This document shows positions 56,495 to 64,000 of a stretch of DNA of 64,000 nucleotides, in pieces. The position numbers and the translations under genes were made by a program. Numbering within the stretch: the first letter of the stretch is position 1; every line of letters starts with the position of its first letter. This DNA comes from Rhodospirillales bacterium. Its GTDB lineage: Bacteria > Pseudomonadota > Alphaproteobacteria > Rhodospirillales > SHVU01. A model generated the notes under the pieces. That model had not been told where the DNA came from, searched no databases, and was given only the letters and a program-made list of their open reading frames with translations. Location of the stretch: NCBI GenBank assembly GCA_009691105.1, contig SHVU01000010.1, positions 129-64,128 of the forward strand, read 5' to 3'.

Positions 56495-57461
56495 GGTCGC
56501 GAACCTCGATCGGGCGTGGTGTCGCGGCGCGACGCGTCGGGCGCCGGGCCTGCCACACCAGCGTGGTGAGCGGATTGCCGGGAAGACGCACGATTTCGCA
56601 GAGGTCCAGACGCGCCGCCCGCAACCAGCCCTGAACATCGGTTTCGTCGAGGCCAAGATGGCGATGATGGTGTTCGGCACGCAGACTTTCGACACGGTGC
56701 GTGGCGAAATCGACGATCAGCAGGATGCCGTCCGGACGCAGCACCCGCGCCGCCTCGGCGATGGCGCGGCCGGGATCGGCCGCGTAGTGCAGCACCTGAT
56801 GAAGGACCGCCGCATCGAACGCCGCGGCCGGAAACGGCAATTGATACATGTCACCCTTGCGGACCGTGCAGTTGCCAAGCCGCGCCCTGGCCAGATTGGC
56901 GCGGGCCACCGCCAGCATGTCGGGAGAAATATCGACGCCGTGGGCCCGTGTCACCCGTTTGGCAAAAAGATCGAGAATGCGGCCGGTACCGGTTCCGATA
57001 TCGAGGAAATCGTCGATACCCTTGGCGGGCATCAACCGCAACAGCTCGGCTTCCACGGTTGTCTCATCAACGTACAACGAGCGAAGCTTGTCCCAGCTTG
57101 GCGCGATCCGACGGAAATAGCCCGCCGCTGCCCGGGCCCGCGCACTGGTCACGTCTTGAAGGCGCTCGCGGTCCAGAGCCAAGCCCGGATCATCTGTCGG
57201 CAGCATCGCGACAAGCCGACGGGCGAGCTCGGCATCGGCGCCAGTCCGCGCCAAACGGTGAAAGGCGCGATTGCCCTCGGCGGCGCGCTCCACCAGACCG
57301 GAATCGACCAAAACCTTAAGATGATGCGATACCGCGGGCTGGCTTTGCCCCAAAAGCTGCGCAAGCTCGCCCACGGTCAGCTCGGCCTCGGCACAGAAGC
57401 CGAGAATCCGAAGCCGGCTGGGCTCAGCCGCGGCGCGCAACGCTTGAAGAAGAGCATCCAT
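56487..57461 (-). CDS. sahR: ArsR-HTH + SAM-methyltransferase-fold regulator (SahR type)
   Basis: AEPSRLRIL, SQP.VSHHLK.L, DIGTGTG, HQVLH, IVDFA.H; heads the metF-metH operon. Confidence 0.85.
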   Translation of the reverse strand: MDALLQALRAAAEPSRLRILGFCAEAELTVGELAQLLGQSQPAVSHHLKVLVDSGLVERAAEGNRAFHRLARTGADAELARRLVAMLPTDDPGLALDRERLQDVTSARARAAAGYFRRIAPSWDKLRSLYVDETTVEAELLRLMPAKGIDDFLDIGTGTGRILDLFAKRVTRAHGVDISPDMLAVARANLARARLGNCTVRKGDMYQLPFPAAAFDAAVLHQVLHYAADPGRAIAEAARVLRPDGILLIVDFATHRVESLRAEHHHRHLGLDETDVQGWLRAARLDLCEIVRLPGNPLTTLVWQARRPTRRAATPRPIEVRDHG

Positions 57462-57503
57462 ATGGGTGTCGACGCTCGTGAGAGTTCAGGCCTAATGTTT
57501 CAA

Positions 57504-57523
57504 TGATAAACATATATTTATGA
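57504..57523. promoter_or_regulatory. Candidate SahR operator
   Basis: 20-bp AT-rich imperfect palindrome TGATAAACAT-ATATTTATGA (8/10 paired), 42 bp upstream of sahR. Confidence 0.6.
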
Positions 57524-57788
57524 ACATATCAATAGCAAGCCACGAGATAGCCTGGAGTCTCGCCTCCCTCGCCCGGACAGCCGTTGTGATCCAAAGAAAA
57601 TCGGAATCTGGATGAACCATATTTTAAGGGTTTCTGGCGCATGGTAGGGACATCCGCTAAGGAACCCGCAGACACCGACGTCGGCCAACGACGCGAACGC
57701 ATAAAGCAGGGAATGGCGGCCTTCAGGATTGGGCTCGCGCCGTGCCGGCAAGATCGCCGGGACGAGGTTTAGAGAGAAGAGGCTTCGG

Positions 57789-58592
57789 TTGATTCGGTTA
57801 AATCGTTCTATCCTGCGCCGTTTATAGCTGTATCCCGTTGCCGCCCTAGCCCTCGCCGGCTGGGTAGCGGGGTGTGCCTCTGCGCCCGATCCCAAGGACG
57901 CCGATGCCGTCCAGGATTACGTCGAAGCCAATGATCCTGCCGAGCCGACCATGCGCGCCGTCTTCGCATTCAACCAAGCGCTCGACACGCTCATCGTCAA
58001 ACCGCTGGCCGAGGATTATCTAGAACTGCCCGAGCAAGTGTGGGCCAGCATTCACAATTTCCTGCAAAATCTCCGCACGCCAGTGGTTTTGTTCAACGAT
58101 GTCATGCATGGAAACGGCGAGCGCGCCGGAACGACCGTGGCGCGCGTCGCCCTCAACACGACCTTGGGCATCGGCGGCTTGTTCGATCCGGCAACCGCGG
58201 CTGGCTATCCCCGCCACAGCGAGGACTTTGGTCAAACGCTCGCGGTCTGGGGCGTCGATGAAGGCCCGTATATCGTGTGGCCGATCCTGGGCCCGTCGAA
58301 CCCGCGCGACACCGTCGGCTTCACCGTCGACTTTTTCACGGATCCCTTGAACGTGTGGACGAGCTTCGCCGAATACTGATCGCTCGTGTATTACGGTCGC
58401 ACCGGCATCACCATGGTCGACGCCCGCGCCATCAACTACGACGAATTCGAGGACCTGCAGAAGGGCTCGATCGATTTCTACGTCGCGATACGCAATTTCT
58501 ATCGCCAGCGGCGCGACAGCGACATCAAGAACGAAGACATCGAGGGCGCCGCCCCGGCGCCGAGTCCCGACACCGGCCCAAGGGTGCGCTGA
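57789..58592 (+). pseudogene. mlaA: MlaA/VacJ lipoprotein with two in-frame stops (possibly sequence errors)
   Basis: One frame from TTG 57789: signal peptide with TAG (57825-57827), lipobox VAGC, NDP.EP, NTTLGIGGLFD, EDFGQTL, GPSNPRD, TGA (58377-58379), then DFYVAIRNFYRQRR. Confidence 0.8.
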
Positions 58593-58594
58593 CC

Positions 58595-59227
58595 ATGATC
58601 AAACGATCCATCCGGAGCCTGTTTGCCACGGTGGTGTTGATCGCCTGGTCCGCGGCGGCGATGGCCGCCACCGAAATCGAAACCGAAGGTCAGAAGTTCA
58701 TCTCGTCGCTGACCGACCGCGCCATTCAGTCTCTGACCGCGAAGGACATTTACCGCGGCGAGCGGGTCAAGCGCTTCCGGGCCCTTTTCAACGAGCACTT
58801 CGCGGTCCCGGTGATCGGCGAATGGGTGCTGGGTCGCAACTGGGCGCGGGCAACCCCCGAGAAACGCACCGAATATTTGAAACTGTTCGAGGATTGGATC
58901 GTCGTCGCCTACGTCGATCGCTTTGCCGAGTACGCCGGCGAATCCCTGGCCATCACGCGCAGCAAAGAACTGGATAAGACCAACGTCGCCGTATTCTCGG
59001 AATTGGTGCGGCCGACCGGTGGCGCGCCGGTGCGCATCGAATGGCGCGTCGGGAAATCAGATTCCAGCTACAAGATTACTGATCTGATCGTCGAAGGCGT
59101 CAGCATGAGCGTCAACATGCGCTCGCAGTTCGCCTCGGTCATTCAGCAGAACGGCGGCCAGGTTGCCGCCCTGTTGCGGGTCATGCGCGACAAGACCGCA
59201 GCCTTGCGTAAGGAACTCGGCGAATAG
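58595..59227 (+). CDS. mlaC: MlaC/Ttg2D phospholipid-binding periplasmic protein
   Basis: Signal peptide; VLGRNW, WRV, DLIVEGVSM...RSQF. Confidence 0.9.
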   Translation: MIKRSIRSLFATVVLIAWSAAAMAATEIETEGQKFISSLTDRAIQSLTAKDIYRGERVKRFRALFNEHFAVPVIGEWVLGRNWARATPEKRTEYLKLFEDWIVVAYVDRFAEYAGESLAITRSKELDKTNVAVFSELVRPTGGAPVRIEWRVGKSDSSYKITDLIVEGVSMSVNMRSQFASVIQQNGGQVAALLRVMRDKTAALRKELGE

Positions 59228-59233
59228 CCGTGT

Positions 59234-60916
<1,683 letters not shown>

Positions 60917-61038
60917 GCGGCACTCCTGAGGCCGGCGACTTGTAACCAATGCAACGCCGCGAGGCAACCGACGCTCGATACCTCGACTTCGAGCCGAGGA
61001 TCGCTATGCTCGCACGAAGCGGTCGAGGGGGGCGAAAC

Positions 61039-62964
61039 GTGGCGGATGCGGCGGCCTGGGTAGGGATTTTCATTGGCGTCTATGCCGCTGCTGCGCTTCT
61101 TCTGGCCCGGCACGGTGGATCGCCGAAACCGGCGGTTGGCGGCTCCTTTTTCGCCATCGGCCCCCTGTCCTCGACGACATTCACCCTTGGCGCGACCATT
61201 ACAGCCCTACCGGCCTTCTTTATCCTCGGATACCCGGCCCTAATCCGTCGCGACGGCTTGGCCGCCGCCATTCTGGGCGCCACGGCGATCGGCATCGCCC
61301 TGGTCGCAGTCGCGACGTTCAAGCGCCTCTGGCTCGTCGGCCAGCGTCACGGCCATGCCACGCTCGGCGACGTTCTCGCCCGATACTTCGGCAACGATGC
61401 CATTCGGCTGCCACTCGTCGTCATCGGTCTTGCCTTCGCCATTCCGTTTTTGGCCATGCAGCTTCTGGCGGCCGGCGCCATCGTCGAATTCGCGACCGGA
61501 GGCGAGGTCGATCGCCGCGTCGGCGCGGCCGCTTTCGGCATTCTTCTCGTCGCCGTCCTCGGCAAGGGCGGATTTCGGACGCTCGCCCGACTGGGCGCCG
61601 TGCAGGGGGCATTGGTCGCGGCGGGAATCACCGTAGCCGTCGTCGCCGCGGTCACGGCGGCGGGTGGCATCGGTAGTATCGTCGACGGGCTTTCGGCTTT
61701 CGCGACCTCGGGCTCCAGCCTCTTCGCCACGACTGGTGGGCGCGGCGGCGGCGATTTTCATGCATTCTTTGCCGTCGCCGGAACGATGCCAGCTCCAACC
61801 ATTGCCGATGCAACGCCAGCCTGGACAGTCGCGCTCGGGTTCTCGGCCGCCCTCGCCGCCGTCGGCTTGGCGACGTCGCCCGCCTATTGCCAATGGCCGC
61901 TCGGTGCCGCGTCGCCGCGCCCCTTCGCGCCGCACACCATCTGGGGACCGGCCGTTGCCATCGGTCTCGTGCTTGTCCTTGCAGCGGTCCTTCTCGGATT
62001 GGCGGGACGCATGCCGGGCCGCGAGACGGGATCGGCCGACATCGCGTTACTGGTCGATGACCTGGGCTTGGCGGCAGGGACGACCTTTCCGCCGCTTCTG
62101 CGCATGGCCGCAAGCACCAGCGCTGCATCACCGTGGATTGCAGGCCTCATTGTCGTGGCCGCCATCGCCGCGACCCAAGCCGTTGGTGCCCTCGCTCTCA
62201 TGGCCGGAGCCATCGTGCCTCGCGAAATCGGACGGTGGGCCGGCCGCGCCGTTCCGGCGGACGCCGAGGCGGTCATCGGCCGCGCTGCCATGTTGGTCGT
62301 TCTGCTCATCGATTTTGGCCTGATCGCCGCTGCACCTGACAGCGTCATCCGCTACGGCGGCTTGGCGCTGGCGTTTGGACTCCAGGTCGCGCCGCTTCTC
62401 GTCGCAGCCCTATGGCTGCCGTGGATAACACGCCAAGGGGCAGTCGCTGGCGTCGTCACCGGCCTTGTGGTGGCCATTCTCGCCGAGACCCAAGGTCCGC
62501 TCTTCGCCGGCATTGGACTTCCGAGCTTCGGGCGATGGCCCCTCGGCATCCACCCGGCGGCTTGGGGCCTCGCCGCACATCTCGTCGTGCTTCTCTTGGT
62601 GTCGGCGATTACACAGGATCGCGACACCGCGGCACGACATGCCGAATGGCATCGTGACCTCGACGCCCACGCCGGTCTTTCGCCAGAACGCCGGCCGTTC
62701 TTTCGTGTGGCTGTCGGTGCCGCCGTTCTCTGGGCCTTTCTGGCGGTCGGCCCCGGCGTTGTCATCGGCAATGATGTCTTCAGCGCACCGGAGAACGGTC
62801 GGCCCGGATGGACCTTCGGCATTCCATCGATCTGGGCCTGGCACATTTTGATGTGGCTTAGCGGCGTCGCCTTGGTCGTCGCTCTCGGTCGTCGTTTTGG
62901 ACTTGCGACTATTCCGCCCGCGACCGCCGACGTGCGCTCCGACACCGAGGCCGTAAGTCGATGA
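61039..62964 (+). CDS. Divergent sodium:solute symporter family protein
   Basis: Many TM helices; G.P.LI.RDG, KRLW..G, GRWPLGIH.AAWG, GPG.VIGN, FGIPSIWAW. Confidence 0.7.
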   Translation: MADAAAWVGIFIGVYAAAALLLARHGGSPKPAVGGSFFAIGPLSSTTFTLGATITALPAFFILGYPALIRRDGLAAAILGATAIGIALVAVATFKRLWLVGQRHGHATLGDVLARYFGNDAIRLPLVVIGLAFAIPFLAMQLLAAGAIVEFATGGEVDRRVGAAAFGILLVAVLGKGGFRTLARLGAVQGALVAAGITVAVVAAVTAAGGIGSIVDGLSAFATSGSSLFATTGGRGGGDFHAFFAVAGTMPAPTIADATPAWTVALGFSAALAAVGLATSPAYCQWPLGAASPRPFAPHTIWGPAVAIGLVLVLAAVLLGLAGRMPGRETGSADIALLVDDLGLAAGTTFPPLLRMAASTSAASPWIAGLIVVAAIAATQAVGALALMAGAIVPREIGRWAGRAVPADAEAVIGRAAMLVVLLIDFGLIAAAPDSVIRYGGLALAFGLQVAPLLVAALWLPWITRQGAVAGVVTGLVVAILAETQGPLFAGIGLPSFGRWPLGIHPAAWGLAAHLVVLLLVSAITQDRDTAARHAEWHRDLDAHAGLSPERRPFFRVAVGAAVLWAFLAVGPGVVIGNDVFSAPENGRPGWTFGIPSIWAWHILMWLSGVALVVALGRRFGLATIPPATADVRSDTEAVSR

Positions 62965-63872
62965 AAGAAGGCCGCCCCTCGAGCTCGCCCGGCCTAGGCA
63001 TCCTCTGCATGCTCGGAAGCTGCGCCGTCGGCATCACCAGCGATGCCGTCACCAAATGGATGACCACCACCTATCCGGTCGGCCAAATCCTGTTCGTCCG
63101 CAATATTTTCGTCTTCGTGCCGATCATTCTGCTGGTGTGGCGCAGCGGGGGATTTTCGGTCCTGCGCATTCACGACGTCCGCACCAATCTGTTGCGGGCG
63201 GTCTTCATGGCGAGCGGCACTTTCATGTTCATTTTCGGACTGAAGCTGTTGCCGTTGGCCGTCGCCATTGCCATTGGATTCACCGGGCCGCTGCTGCTGA
63301 CAGCATTGGCCGGACCCATGCTGGGCGAGCATGTCGGCTGGCGACGGTGGAGCGCCGTCGGCGTCGGATTCTGTGGCGTCCTTCTGATGACGCGGCCCGG
63401 CGCCGGTGTGTTCCAACTGGCGATCTTGGTTCCGATCATCTCGGCCGTCCTCGGAACCCTCAAGGACGTGGTCACCCGCAGCTTGGTCGCGACCGAAACG
63501 CCGGTCGCCATCATGACCTTCACGACGTTCGTCATTACCTCTGCCGGCGCCTCGACCGTCGTATTCGGATGGGAACCGATCACCCTCCCGGACATTGGAT
63601 TGCTCGCCCTCGCCGGCGTCCTCGTCGGAACCTCGCACTATCTGCAGATCGAGGCCTTTCGCCTCGCCCAAGTCGCGCTGGTCGCGCCGTTCCGCTATTC
63701 GACGTTGGTCTGGGGAATCGGCCTCGGCTTCCTGGTTTTCGGCGAACTTCCCGACGTCTGTACGATTGCCGGCTCCGGCGTCGTCGTGGCAAGCGGCCTG
63801 TACATCATGCATCGCGAGACGGTCCGCGGCCTTCGGACCAACGCCGAGAGTGCCAAGAATCGCCGCGTGTAG
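62961..63872 (+). CDS. DMT/EamA family transporter
   Basis: About 10 TM segments; LGEHVGWRRW, RPG, APFRY, FGE.P. Confidence 0.9.
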   Translation: MKEGRPSSSPGLGILCMLGSCAVGITSDAVTKWMTTTYPVGQILFVRNIFVFVPIILLVWRSGGFSVLRIHDVRTNLLRAVFMASGTFMFIFGLKLLPLAVAIAIGFTGPLLLTALAGPMLGEHVGWRRWSAVGVGFCGVLLMTRPGAGVFQLAILVPIISAVLGTLKDVVTRSLVATETPVAIMTFTTFVITSAGASTVVFGWEPITLPDIGLLALAGVLVGTSHYLQIEAFRLAQVALVAPFRYSTLVWGIGLGFLVFGELPDVCTIAGSGVVVASGLYIMHRETVRGLRTNAESAKNRRV

Positions 63873-63889
63873 GCCCGGTCGCCGAGGCG

Positions 63890-64000
63890 AGAGACAACGT
63901 CGCCGCCGCGCGGGGCTCAGAAGTTTCCCCGGGCGGCCTCCTGCAAAATCAGCTTGTCCAGCGTCAGGTCGGAGATCGCCCGCCGAAGCCGCAGGTTCTC
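63890..64000 (-). mobile_element. Truncated IS3-family element: OrfA C-terminus, -1 frameshift site and first codons of OrfB
   Basis: 64000-63917 translates ENLRLRRAISDLTLDKLILQEAARGNF*. Slippery G-GGA-AAC at 63929-63923; the -1 frame gives KLLSPARRRRC and then loses transposase similarity. Confidence 0.85.

Overview
GC-rich alphaproteobacterial chromosome segment (Rhodospirillales-like by gene content; inferred), mostly housekeeping. Main contents: tRNA-Leu(CAA), dedA-dsbB-coq7, trmJ-cimA, cysS-gltX-nadE, pncB, class II DAHP synthase, gor, two tandem gabD paralogues, glmUS, tRNA-Val(CAC), a DUF5939-type adenylate cyclase, prmA-uvrD, a full phoR-pstSCAB-phoU-phoB locus with a Pho box, CIRCE-groESL, dinG, sahR-metF-metH, mlaAC and ettA. 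Both edges are mobile-element boundaries that the ORF track misses: the 3' end of a tyrosine integrase abutting tRNA-Leu (left) and a truncated IS3-family element (right). I cannot point to a clear multi-gene novel system. The best candidates are an XRE regulator with a palindrome-overlapped consensus promoter driving a small exported Cys protein next to a catalytically dead HtrA-like protein, and a membrane protein paired with an apparently dead M41-like protein. Recurrent G:C->T:A-type changes at conserved codons, plus four in-frame stops, suggest oxidative damage or sequencing artefact, so pseudogene calls need caution. All family assignments come from motif recognition by eye; no database searches were run.
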